NCBI GenBank assembly: GCA_031389785.1
Contig: JANMSX010000026.1
Coordinates: 59,148-123,147 of the forward strand
Length of the DNA stretch: 64,000 bases
Source: Desulfobulbaceae bacterium
GTDB taxonomy: Bacteria; Desulfobacterota; Desulfobulbia; Desulfobulbales; Desulfocapsaceae
Direction of reading: 5' to 3'
Below, piece by piece: positions 1-8,839 of the stretch (its first letter is position 1; each line of letters starts with the position of its first letter). Both the position numbers and the translations under genes were made by a program. The notes under the pieces are model-generated. The model made no database searches. It was not told the origin of the DNA and saw nothing but the letters and a program-made list of their open reading frames with translations.

Positions 1-1196
1 ACGTCGAGCATCAGGTCTTTTTTCTCTATCCGCCTGCCGGTGCCGAGCAGGACTGCGCGGTTGATGGTATTCTGCAATTCACGGACATTGCCCCGCCAGG
101 GGCGGTGCAGCAGTATCTGCAAGGCCTCTTCGGAAAATTCCAGGTCCGGCCGTTCATACTCCCTGCGGTATTTTTTCAGAAAGTGGTGGATGAGCAGAGG
201 GATATCGCTGCGGATTTCTTCAAGTCCGGGCATGGTCACGGTCATCACGTTGAGGCGGTAAAAAAGATCCTCCCTGAACTCGCCGCGGGCAATCTTCGCC
301 TCGATGTCCTGGTTGGTCGATGCCACCACCCGGACATCCACGGCATAGGTTTTGGTCTGCCCGAGGGGTTGAATTTCTTTTTCCTGCAGGACCCGCAGCA
401 GCTTGGTCTGGATCGACACCGGGATATCGGCGATCTCGTCCAGCAGGATGGTCGAATGATTGGCCTCGACAAAGAGGCCATCCTTGTCACGGTCGGCACC
501 GGTGAAGGCCCCCCGGCAGTAGCCGAACAGCTCGCTTTCGAGGATATGTTCCGGCAAGGCCGGACAATTTACCGTCACCATTTTTCGTCCGGCCCGGCCG
601 GACATGGCATGCAGGGCTCTGGCCGCCAGCTCCTTGCCGGTCCCGGATTCACCGCGGATCAGCACCGTCATATTGCTCGGGGCCAGACGCCGCAGCAGGT
701 CCTCGACCTGCTGCAATCGCGGAGAATTCCCGATAAAGCCATAGAATTCACTGCTGCCGGAAAGCTGGTGTTGCAACTCCTGAAATCTTCTGTTTTCGCG
801 CAGGAGTTCGGTCCGCTCCATGGCCCTCGCTACGGCATGAAGGATCTGGTCGTTATCAAAGGGTTTCTGGAAGAAATCGTAGGCTCCGCTTTTCAGGGCC
901 TCCACCGCCATCTCCACCGTGCCGTAACCGGTCATGATGATGATGCTCATGGTCGGATCGATCTCCTTCAGGCGCCGGAAGAATTCCACCCCGTCCATAC
1001 CGGGCATCTTGACATCGGTGAGAACCACGTCGGGCAGCCAGGAGTGAATAACAACAAGGCCGCTGTCGCCGGAATCGGCCCGGCGCACCTCATACCCGCC
1101 CTTTTTGACCAGGATCTTGGTCAAAAGCATCAGCATGTCCGGTTCATCGTCAACGATGAGGACCCGTCTGGGATGCTCACTGGTCTGCACGCTCAT
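1..1196 (-). CDS. Sigma-54-dependent response regulator (NtrC family), 3' end runs off the window
   Basis: Not in the ORF track. Minus-strand reading from ATG at 1196: MSVQTSEHPRRVLIVDDEPDML (receiver), Walker A GESGTGKE, ESELFGYCRGAFTGA. Confidence 0.92.
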   Translation of the reverse strand, partial: MSVQTSEHPRRVLIVDDEPDMLMLLTKILVKKGGYEVRRADSGDSGLVVIHSWLPDVVLTDVKMPGMDGVEFFRRLKEIDPTMSIIIMTGYGTVEMAVEALKSGAYDFFQKPFDNDQILHAVARAMERTELLRENRRFQELQHQLSGSSEFYGFIGNSPRLQQVEDLLRRLAPSNMTVLIRGESGTGKELAARALHAMSGRAGRKMVTVNCPALPEHILESELFGYCRGAFTGADRDKDGLFVEANHSTILLDEIADIPVSIQTKLLRVLQEKEIQPLGQTKTYAVDVRVVASTNQDIEAKIARGEFREDLFYRLNVMTVTMPGLEEIRSDIPLLIHHFLKKYRREYERPDLEFSEEALQILLHRPWRGNVRELQNTINRAVLLGTGRRIEKKDLMLD

Positions 1197-1448
1197 TCTC
1201 CCCCCTATTTTCACCTGGTCGACGTCTCAAAACAGGTGCCCCTCAGCTGGCGCAATTTTCTCGGGACGGCCCCTGTTTCGAGCAGATCAGCGATTCCGTG
1301 CCGCACCGGACCGTCATCCTGCTCTTCCCGCACTGTAAAGAACCATGGGTTTTTTTGCCAGAAGTACTTGTCGACGGAGGGGGGAAATAGCCTTCCGAAG
1401 ACGCCGTCGGCCGACTTCAGCCACAAAGACTGGGCACACCCGCCCCAA

Positions 1449-2054
1449 TCAGGAACGGATCAATCTGCCGGCCAGCAAGGTGCCCGTTATCGCCAGGCAC
1501 TCCATATCGAGAAACCATTCGGCGGAGGCCCTGTAGAGGATAATGGCGGAGGCGGGAAAGAGTTCATCACGGTCATTGAAATTGAGCAGGATCGGGATGC
1601 GGGGAAGGGCATGGATCTTTACCGAGAAGTCAAAGGTCTCCGAGGCCTTGATTTCCCCGCCGAGGAGCAGCGCCCTCTGCCGCAGCGCGGGGATATCGCC
1701 GGCGAAGGTCGTCTCGATGATCTTGTTGGTATTAGTGGTGAAATAGGAGATAAGCGGTCCGGCATCCTTGAATTCCCGATAGCTCACCAGCCGGTCGGAG
1801 AATGCCGGCGGTTCCGCGGGGCAGGTCAGGAGATATTTGCAGAGGACCACCCGGACCGCCGGATTTACCTCCCGGCCATCGGGGTCTGCAATTCCTTCTT
1901 TTGAGACAAAATATTCCCTGTCATAGAGGGGAACCCTGACGCCGCCCATTTCGCAGGTGACGCCGAGGAGATCGGCCCTGGCCGCGAAATCGATGTGCGC
2001 AAGTTCCCTCAGGTAGAGCTGATACGTCTCTTCGAAAATGTGGGACTTCTGCAT
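1449..2054 (-). CDS. DUF3786-like protein
   Basis: 201 aa with LVSYREFKDAGPL and ALPRIPILLNFNDRDELFPASA motifs resembling DUF3786, a family often near Wood-Ljungdahl genes. Confidence 0.75.
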   Translation of the reverse strand: MQKSHIFEETYQLYLRELAHIDFAARADLLGVTCEMGGVRVPLYDREYFVSKEGIADPDGREVNPAVRVVLCKYLLTCPAEPPAFSDRLVSYREFKDAGPLISYFTTNTNKIIETTFAGDIPALRQRALLLGGEIKASETFDFSVKIHALPRIPILLNFNDRDELFPASAIILYRASAEWFLDMECLAITGTLLAGRLIRS

Positions 2055-2062
2055 GATGCCTC

Positions 2063-2248
2063 TCAGAGGGACAGGGCGGCGAGTTGCCTGAGGAGAAGAT
2101 CGCGTTCGTCTTCCAGGGCCAACAGGTCCATCATCACCGGTGGCTTGGTCGAGTGGGCCGGCAAGCGTCTCTCGGCCTCCGCAATGAGAATCTCCAGTTC
2201 AGCCAGCCTTTCCCGTATTTTTTTATCATTTCCTGATACTTGCACCAC
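2063..2248 (-). CDS. Small helical hypothetical protein (PAHSxKP motif)
   Basis: 61 aa, GGAG RBS upstream of GTG, tightly packed between co-oriented genes. Confidence 0.65.
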   Translation of the reverse strand: MVQVSGNDKKIRERLAELEILIAEAERRLPAHSTKPPVMMDLLALEDERDLLLRQLAALSL

Positions 2249-2284
2249 TCAACTCCACATCGGTCCGGCATCGCTATTATGCTG

Positions 2285-2704
2285 CTACGACGATTGCAGC
2301 CGCGCCAGTTCTTTTTCGATCAGCTGCACTTCGCCGGCGAGAGCCCTGCGTTTTTGCACACGGTAAAAGAACGAATCGCCCAGTTTGCTGCTTCTGGTGA
2401 AGACCACAATCTCAAACCTGTCCGGCCCCTGTTGCAGATCCTCGGCCCACAGCACCTTTTCGATCTCCAGACCAAAATCGCCGCAGATATGCTTGGCGAA
2501 TTTTTCCGGATTTTCCGAGACGGAAACCCCTTCACCGGTCCGCGAAAACACGCAGAGATAAGGTTTGAGGTAGCGTACCTTGTTGCCTGCTGTTTCCTGC
2601 AGGGTGATAATCTTCAGGTTGTAGGCCCCGGGAAACCAGGCGATGGGTTCACGGTCGTCATGTTTTTTGCCGTCCCAACTGTACTTACCGTTGAAAATAT
2701 TCAT
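2285..2704 (-). CDS. Hypothetical protein (139 aa)
   Basis: Likely start ATG 2704 (MNIFNGKYSWDGKK) with GGAGG RBS; the ORF track extension reads through a repeat. Confidence 0.7.
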   Translation of the reverse strand: MNIFNGKYSWDGKKHDDREPIAWFPGAYNLKIITLQETAGNKVRYLKPYLCVFSRTGEGVSVSENPEKFAKHICGDFGLEIEKVLWAEDLQQGPDRFEIVVFTRSSKLGDSFFYRVQKRRALAGEVQLIEKELARLQSS

Positions 2705-2706
2705 GC

Positions 2707-2771
2707 GTTGCCTCCCCTCTGCTGTATCCGAGCCGGAGGTTGCCTCCCCCTCTGCCGCATCCGAGCCGGAG
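2707..2771. repeat. Tandem duplication of a 32/33-bp unit containing the Shine-Dalgarno
   Basis: gttgcctcccctctgctgtatccgagccggag (2707-2738) followed by gttgcctccccctctgccgcatccgagccggag (2739-2771). Confidence 0.85.
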
Positions 2772-2782
2772 TGAACAGTCAA

Positions 2783-2823
2783 CTAAGGCCTTCCCTCCGG
2801 AACATTCGGAGAAAAGGCCTTAG
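2783..2823 (-). terminator. Hairpin downstream of cooS
   Basis: ctaaggcctt...aaggccttag inverted repeat 30 bp after the cooS stop; no clear U-tract. Confidence 0.5.
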
Positions 2824-2853
2824 CTGGTTCCCTGTCGCTACACTCTAGGCATA

Positions 2854-4815
2854 TCAGGCCATGGCGTCAAGGACCCGGCGGTCAGCCATATCCATCAGCA
2901 CCCTTTCTCTTTTCTTGTCAATGCCGAGGGCCTGACGTTTCTTGTCGATATGGGCGATCATCAACCGAGCCATCTCCTGCGGATTATCGGCGAATCCCCA
3001 CTTGCCGAATCCCATGGTCTCGAGTTCCTCGTAAAGGTGCTTCTGGAACTTGATGCCCTCGATCATCGGGAAGGTGTGGCCGAATATGGTATAGACCCCG
3101 GAAGCCACGAAATACTGGCCGATGGCGATGGCCTTTTCACTCATCCATTCCGGGGCGCAACCGGCAGCAGGCAGATCGGCGATTGTGTCGCCGAGACCAC
3201 CAGTTCGCACCATTTCCGAGGCGGCGACGAGAATTCGGCTATTGTCGACACAGGAACCAAGCCCCAGGACAGGCGGCATGCCGACCGTTTCGCAGACCTC
3301 GGCCAGCCCCGGCCCAGCCATTGCCGCCGCCCCCGGTCCGGTAAGACCGGCCTTCGCCAGGGCGAGCTGCGAACAGCCCGTCTGCAGGACAAGAACATCA
3401 TTTCTGATCAGCTCCTTGACCAGTTCGACGTGGGAGTAATCCTGTTTCGACCGTGGATTGGTGCAGCCGACAACCCCGGCAACCCCTCGTATACGACCGT
3501 TGATGATATTCTCATTGAGCGGTTTGTAGCTGCCCCTGAACGATCCGCCCAGCATATAGTTGATATACTCATAACTGAAGCCATGCACTCCCCGTCCGGT
3601 TTTTTGCGGGATCTGGATCGGTTTGCTGCGGGTCTTGAAACGGGTTATCGCTTTGATGACGATCTCATCCGAGCATTTCAGCGGGTCATGTTCATCGAGC
3701 TGAATATGCAGGGCACCCTCGATTTTCGCCCGATAATTCGTGGTGATGAAGGGCGTGTCATAACAGTCGGCGACGCGTTTCATATCCTGTTTGATGCACT
3801 GGACATCCACGCACATCGCATCGACGGCCCCGGTTACCATGATGGCCTCGGTCGAAGAAAAATTGCCGGCATGGGGTAAACCATGCCGTGAGAGGGCATC
3901 CAGACCGGAACAGCACATGCCGACCAGATTTATTCCCTTCGCGCCGGCTTCCTCCGCCATTTTTTTCAAGGTCGAATCGCCAGCGGAGATAATCATCGCC
4001 TCAAGAAGGATGGGCTCGTGTCCGTGGACGATGATATTGACCTTGTCCTCCTTGAGAACGCCCATACCTACCTCCACCTCGACAGGTGTGGGGGTACCGA
4101 AGAGGATGTCGGTGATATCGGTGGAAACCATCGAGCCGCCCCAGCCATCGGCCAGCGCCGTGCGGGAGATCTGCTTGGTCAGGTTCTCATAGTCCTGATC
4201 GACGCCGATGGCGGTCCTGTGCATCATCTCCATGATCTCCCGCATGGCCCCGCGCGGCACGATCCCTTCCTTGCGCCACAACTCAAGAGTCTTTGGCGGA
4301 ACCCTTTTCATATTCGGGATCTCGCCATCGACCTGGGTATAGGTCTTCTCCAGTTCAGCATAGAGATCAAGGGCAATATCATTCAACTCCCGTCCCTCCG
4401 TGACGATGTCCAGTGCCTTGGCCACCTCCACCAGTTTTAACGGATCCTGAATCTTGAATTCCGTGTTCTTTCCGTTGATGACGTCGCGAAAAAGCTCAAG
4501 CATTCCCATGCCGTGGTCTGTGTGGGCTGCCGTCCCGGCGGCGACCATCCGGCCGAAATTCCTGGCGACAATGGTATCTACGGTTGCCCCGCAGATGCCG
4601 ACCCGGTCATAGGGCGAGGAGACATTCATCCGGCAGGGGCCCATCGCACAATGTTTGCAGCATGCCGATTGGGCCCCGATCGGGCAGGCCTTCATCTCAC
4701 TGGCTCGGTCAAATAAAAGTTCAACCCCGTCTTTTCGGGACTTGGTAATCATCTGGGCAGTAGCTTCACAGATGGTAAGATCTTCCACTTTCATAAGTTC
4801 TTTTATCTTTGCCAT
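2854..4815 (-). CDS. cooS: Anaerobic Ni-CO dehydrogenase catalytic subunit (second copy)
   Basis: CPIGAQSACCKHCAMGPC, VHGHEP, GMCCSG, GVVGCTNP, LGSCVDNSR, PEWMSEKA motifs. Confidence 0.97.
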   Translation of the reverse strand: MAKIKELMKVEDLTICEATAQMITKSRKDGVELLFDRASEMKACPIGAQSACCKHCAMGPCRMNVSSPYDRVGICGATVDTIVARNFGRMVAAGTAAHTDHGMGMLELFRDVINGKNTEFKIQDPLKLVEVAKALDIVTEGRELNDIALDLYAELEKTYTQVDGEIPNMKRVPPKTLELWRKEGIVPRGAMREIMEMMHRTAIGVDQDYENLTKQISRTALADGWGGSMVSTDITDILFGTPTPVEVEVGMGVLKEDKVNIIVHGHEPILLEAMIISAGDSTLKKMAEEAGAKGINLVGMCCSGLDALSRHGLPHAGNFSSTEAIMVTGAVDAMCVDVQCIKQDMKRVADCYDTPFITTNYRAKIEGALHIQLDEHDPLKCSDEIVIKAITRFKTRSKPIQIPQKTGRGVHGFSYEYINYMLGGSFRGSYKPLNENIINGRIRGVAGVVGCTNPRSKQDYSHVELVKELIRNDVLVLQTGCSQLALAKAGLTGPGAAAMAGPGLAEVCETVGMPPVLGLGSCVDNSRILVAASEMVRTGGLGDTIADLPAAGCAPEWMSEKAIAIGQYFVASGVYTIFGHTFPMIEGIKFQKHLYEELETMGFGKWGFADNPQEMARLMIAHIDKKRQALGIDKKRERVLMDMADRRVLDAMA

Positions 4816-4976
4816 GGTTCCTCCAGAAAAATGATTTTCGCGATCTGCATTCCAATATCACCTGTCGCAGGTGAAACCGGGTGGAATACTGCTGTGGACG
4901 ATGTATGAAGGCCGCCCCCTGGGAGATGCGAGGGACCCGCAGGACGTGAGGATCTGTGGGAATGGTTATCAAGTGT

Positions 4977-5006
4977 ATTATATATGCCACAGGGTGACAA
5001 AGTCAA
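4977..5006 (-). promoter_or_regulatory. Sigma-70 promoter upstream of the second cooS
   Basis: Minus strand TTGACT-N18-TATAAT; the palindrome TGACAAAGTCA overlaps the -35. Confidence 0.65.
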
Positions 5007-5109
5007 GGGAAGGGAGAAACAATACGAATGTGGAAAGGCAAAAAAAAAAACAGCGCGGTGCGTCATTCCCCGCCTGGATCGGCGGGGAGTCGGCGGGCAG
5101 GAGGGATAT

Positions 5110-5889
5110 TTATTTCTTCAGGGAAGTGAGCGAGTCAACGATGGCAAACAGGGCCTTCGGGGCGTCTGCAATATTCTCGAAAGGCCGTCTTCCCTCGCGG
5201 TCGGCGGTGATGATTTCCTCGTCTTCAGGCATGAAACCAAGAATCTCGAAATCGGCCAGAGATTGGCGGATAAGTTCCTGATCAGCCTCTCCCTTGACCC
5301 GGTTGCCAAGAACCAGGATGCGTTTGATACCGATATCCCGGCCGAGTTTTCTGATTTTTACAGCCGCCACCCGGCTCCGTGTCCCCGGGTTGACGACAAT
5401 GATCAGGGCATCTACTGACGAGGAGGTGGCCCGACCGAGGTGTTCAACCCCTGCCTCCATATCCATGACGACAATATCTTCACGCTGCAGCACGAGATGA
5501 TTCATCAGGGCCTTAAGGACAGTGCTCTCGGGACAGATACAGCCGGAACCGCCGGTTTGGACCGTCCCCATGACCAGCAGTTTCACCCCGTCCCGCTCCA
5601 GAGAAAACCTCTCAGGGATGTCGTCCACCTTGGGATTGAGGGTGAAAAATCCGCCCATCGTCCCGGGCTTGGCCCCCGTTCGTTCGGCAATCAGGTCGGA
5701 GAGTTCAGCGATGGGCCTGATCGGCTGATTCTCGGGGATACCGAGGCCGGCAGCCAGGTTGGCGACCGGATCGGCATCGATGGCAATGACCTTATTGCGG
5801 CCGTCGGCAGCCAGGCAACGGGCAAGTAGAGAGGTGACGGTGGTCTTGCCAACCCCGCCCTTACCGCCTATAGCAATTTTCAGGCTCAT
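5110..5889 (-). CDS. cooC: CO dehydrogenase nickel-insertion ATPase CooC
   Basis: GKGGVGKT, IDADP, GSGCICP, MDMEAGVEHLGR motifs. Confidence 0.95.
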   Translation of the reverse strand: MSLKIAIGGKGGVGKTTVTSLLARCLAADGRNKVIAIDADPVANLAAGLGIPENQPIRPIAELSDLIAERTGAKPGTMGGFFTLNPKVDDIPERFSLERDGVKLLVMGTVQTGGSGCICPESTVLKALMNHLVLQREDIVVMDMEAGVEHLGRATSSSVDALIIVVNPGTRSRVAAVKIRKLGRDIGIKRILVLGNRVKGEADQELIRQSLADFEILGFMPEDEEIITADREGRRPFENIADAPKALFAIVDSLTSLKK

Positions 5890-5958
5890 CTCGATACACC
5901 ATTAAGCTGTGTTTCGGCTATGCCGGCAACCATTCGCCGGACATCCCGCAAACCATGT

Positions 5959-6240
5959 CTATTTGATAATGTTGCCATCACCGTCGACCATTGCCACAAT
6001 AAATCCATTTTTCCTGGCAGTTTCATCGAGATCTTCGATGTGGATCGCCTGGACCTCATATTTTTTGCCCTTTTCCCGCGGCAGGGTCGACAGGAAACCA
6101 TTCGCGGCATCTCTGGACTGAAAGGTCGGAATGAAATCCACTCCCTGTTCTTTGCTGTGCATTCCAAGCATATGTTCATTCGGGCCGGGGTCACAGACAA
6201 CGACATAGATCCAGTCCTGGTTTTTTTCCTTGTCTCCCAT
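5959..6240 (-). CDS. Hypothetical protein (93 aa)
   Basis: AGGTGAG RBS; between acsE and cooC on the same strand. Confidence 0.7.
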   Translation of the reverse strand: MGDKEKNQDWIYVVVCDPGPNEHMLGMHSKEQGVDFIPTFQSRDAANGFLSTLPREKGKKYEVQAIHIEDLDETARKNGFIVAMVDGDGNIIK

Positions 6241-6310
6241 AACTCACCTTTTCAGTCGACGTTTCAGGCACTATCGCCAATCCCGAGTGTGGTCTGGCGG
6301 TTTCACACGC

Positions 6311-6346
6311 AAAAAAGCCCCATCTTTTACATTGATGGGGCTTTTT
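6311..6346. terminator. Intrinsic terminator after acsE (bidirectional shape)
   Basis: aaaaaagccccatc-ttttacatt-gatggggcttttt. Confidence 0.75.
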
Positions 6347-6366
6347 CCAGTCAAAAAGGAGGAAAC

Positions 6367-7257
6367 CTAGATGTCGAGATAGGAATCCGAGAACAGGGTC
6401 TCGCCTAGGATGACCTTCACCGTCTTGACATAATCTCCAAGTTCCTTGCTCAATCCACTCAGAGCAGGGGCGTTGCCGTCCATGGTCTGATGCACGACCT
6501 CAACGATATCGGGTCGCTTTCCTTTAGCCACTGCCGTCAGATTGGTATCGAGGGGATCGGAGATAACAGCTTTCATCCCGTATCTTTCCAGCATAACCAT
6601 ATAGGTGGTGTTGAGAATCGGCCGCAGATGTACCGGCGGACCATTGGAGATATTGGAAAGACCGCAGGTGCTCTTGGCTCCGGGGGCGATATCTTCGAGC
6701 ATCATCTGGAAATTGAGGAGGCTGACGCACTGGACCTGCTGGATATTGACCGGTGTGACGATACCGTCCACCCATATCTTCTCGTTCGGAATACCGGCCT
6801 CATTGGCGGCATAGAGCAGCTCGACGCAGAGTGCGGCTCGCTCATTCTCATCCCGGGGCAGTCCGTCGGGTCCCCACATCAGGGCCACGATATCGGCCTC
6901 ATACTTGGCGGCCATCGGCAGCATGACCGTATAGCGTTCAGGCCTAGCCATGATCGAATTGACGATATGGGGCTTGCCGGCAGGTTTGAGGACCTTCAAA
7001 CCCTCCTCAATTGCGGCGATGTTTGAGGTATCAAGCAGCAGAGGGATCTCGGGAACCACTTCCTGGACCACCTGGCAGACCCACGGCATCAATTCATGCC
7101 CGTCCTTTTTGGCCGGTCCGAGGTTGATGTCAATATAGTCCATGCCTTTTTCTTTCTGCTCGAGGGCTTCTGCCTGGATGGGTTTAGGATTACGCTCTTT
7201 GTATGCCTTACCGATCACCGTGGAGATTACATTCAGGCTTTCGCCGAAAAGAATCAT
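6367..7257 (-). CDS. acsE: Methyltetrahydrofolate:corrinoid Fe-S protein methyltransferase
   Basis: MILFGESLN, YIDINLG, LLLDTSN, IVNSI, CGLSNISNG; pterin-binding fold in the acs operon. Confidence 0.9.
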   Translation of the reverse strand: MILFGESLNVISTVIGKAYKERNPKPIQAEALEQKEKGMDYIDINLGPAKKDGHELMPWVCQVVQEVVPEIPLLLDTSNIAAIEEGLKVLKPAGKPHIVNSIMARPERYTVMLPMAAKYEADIVALMWGPDGLPRDENERAALCVELLYAANEAGIPNEKIWVDGIVTPVNIQQVQCVSLLNFQMMLEDIAPGAKSTCGLSNISNGPPVHLRPILNTTYMVMLERYGMKAVISDPLDTNLTAVAKGKRPDIVEVVHQTMDGNAPALSGLSKELGDYVKTVKVILGETLFSDSYLDI

Positions 7258-7406
7258 AGTTTTCCTCCCTTAACGAATTTATAATTAAATGTCATACATA
7301 TGGCAGTCAAAAATACCGCAGAGATCATCAGATGCGGCAAGCCCCGATGATCTCTGGATTGTACCGTAATTAGTAAGAAAAGCAACGCCTCTGACGAGAT
7401 ACGCGT

Positions 7407-8750
7407 TTACTGTCTCGCTTTAAGGAAACCGGCAAGGTGGGCAGCCTCACGGGGACCGACCGTCACTGACCAACCGGAAAGCTCTTCCTCGACATCGCCG
7501 GCAATCGCCGCAGCATAACCAGGAATGATAATCTCAGTGTGTTTGACCTTATCCATAATCCCGCTTTTCTTGACGAACATGCCGACGTCATCACCGCCGA
7601 ACTTGCCTGCAGCCCAGGCAGTCAGGACCGAAAGTCCTTCCGAATCCTTGATCAGCAACCAGGCCGGCACCCTGCTCGCTTCGATCTCACCGGAAACGAT
7701 GAAATAGGTCAGGGCAAAGTTCGTGGTAACAAGCACCGGCGAATTCTCATCCGGGTTGCCAATCTCGAAAATCCCCTCGGTGACTGTCATCGGTCGCTGC
7801 GGATCTGTAAAGATATTGAGGCGTTCCAACAGGAGCGGGAACATCACCTCAGTGGTCAGGTCGGAAAGGACCACGATGCCGCCGTATTTGGAAACATACA
7901 TACCGGCGATAAGACCTTCCATGTCAATGTTTGAGGCCATTTCGCAGGGGAAGGTAATGGTCGGGAAACCGAGGGAACGGTTGCTGTCCTTCAAGGCCGC
8001 CCGCCGCAGACCGACCTGATCGGCCAGGGCCTGTTTCAATTCCCTGGCCCCGCTGTCGATAACCAGATCCTTGAGTCCCATCACCGTCAGCTTATCGGTG
8101 AGGGCGATGACCGCATCGATCGAATCTGCCTTGACCGCCAGGGGCAGGTCGCTGTCCATGGCGATTTTACCGAAGGCTTCAGCATTTGCCTCGGTAGCTG
8201 CGTAGAGCAGCGGTCGCTTGAATCCGCTGGTCTCGACTGCCGCCTGCATGACACCTGCGTCCTCGGTCATGAGCACAAGATTGAACTCCGAGTTCTCGGC
8301 AATCATCTTGGCCAGGGCGGCAAAGGCCGCCTTATCACCGTTGACATCCTTGAGGGCGACCAGTTCCGGCCGCAGATTGAGGCCAACCCGCTCATACTGG
8401 ATCGCATTCCATACCTTGAGTTTGGCTTCGACAGCCGCCGGGGTCATGTCCGAGGTCATTAAACCGGCAAACATGGTCTGGTTGAAAAAGGTTTTTTCGT
8501 GCCGATAGAGCACCGTCTCACCACCGATGGTGGCCCGGCGTACCCCACGGCCGATGGCTACCGGCCTGATCGGCGGGGCCGAGGCCTCAGCCAATTGGGC
8601 CCTGGCGTCATCGGACACATAGGGACAGCTGTCCAGTTCGGCCTTGGAGGATGCCAGATTCATCGCAAAGGCCAGGCAGGTCGGTACACCACACTCTTTA
8701 CAGTTTGTCTTTGGCAGGAGTTTGAATATCTGAATACCTGTTAACGCCAT
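7407..8750 (-). CDS. acsC: Corrinoid Fe-S protein large (gamma) subunit
   Basis: LPKTNCKECGVPTCLAFA, VTTNFALTYF, SVLTAWAAGKF, GPREAA. Confidence 0.97.
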   Translation of the reverse strand: MALTGIQIFKLLPKTNCKECGVPTCLAFAMNLASSKAELDSCPYVSDDARAQLAEASAPPIRPVAIGRGVRRATIGGETVLYRHEKTFFNQTMFAGLMTSDMTPAAVEAKLKVWNAIQYERVGLNLRPELVALKDVNGDKAAFAALAKMIAENSEFNLVLMTEDAGVMQAAVETSGFKRPLLYAATEANAEAFGKIAMDSDLPLAVKADSIDAVIALTDKLTVMGLKDLVIDSGARELKQALADQVGLRRAALKDSNRSLGFPTITFPCEMASNIDMEGLIAGMYVSKYGGIVVLSDLTTEVMFPLLLERLNIFTDPQRPMTVTEGIFEIGNPDENSPVLVTTNFALTYFIVSGEIEASRVPAWLLIKDSEGLSVLTAWAAGKFGGDDVGMFVKKSGIMDKVKHTEIIIPGYAAAIAGDVEEELSGWSVTVGPREAAHLAGFLKARQ

Positions 8751-8794
8751 TTCCGTTATCTCCTTATGTATATGTCAGGATGGTCACTGCCGCA

Positions 8795-8822
8795 ACCGGC
8801 CGGGAGGTCAGACCCGGCCGGT
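8795..8822 (-). terminator. GC-rich hairpin between acsB and acsC
   Basis: accggccggg...cccggccggt inverted repeat; may stabilise mRNA rather than terminate. Confidence 0.4.
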
Positions 8823-8839
8823 CACTTTGGCCTGTATGA

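Noticed and set aside
1211-1426. 71-aa minus-strand ORF
   Set aside because: GTG start without a clear RBS and no motif; more likely the regulator's upstream region.
105-1904. 599-aa plus-strand ORF
   Set aside because: Antisense shadow of the sigma-54 regulator and DUF3786-like genes; no recognisable motifs.
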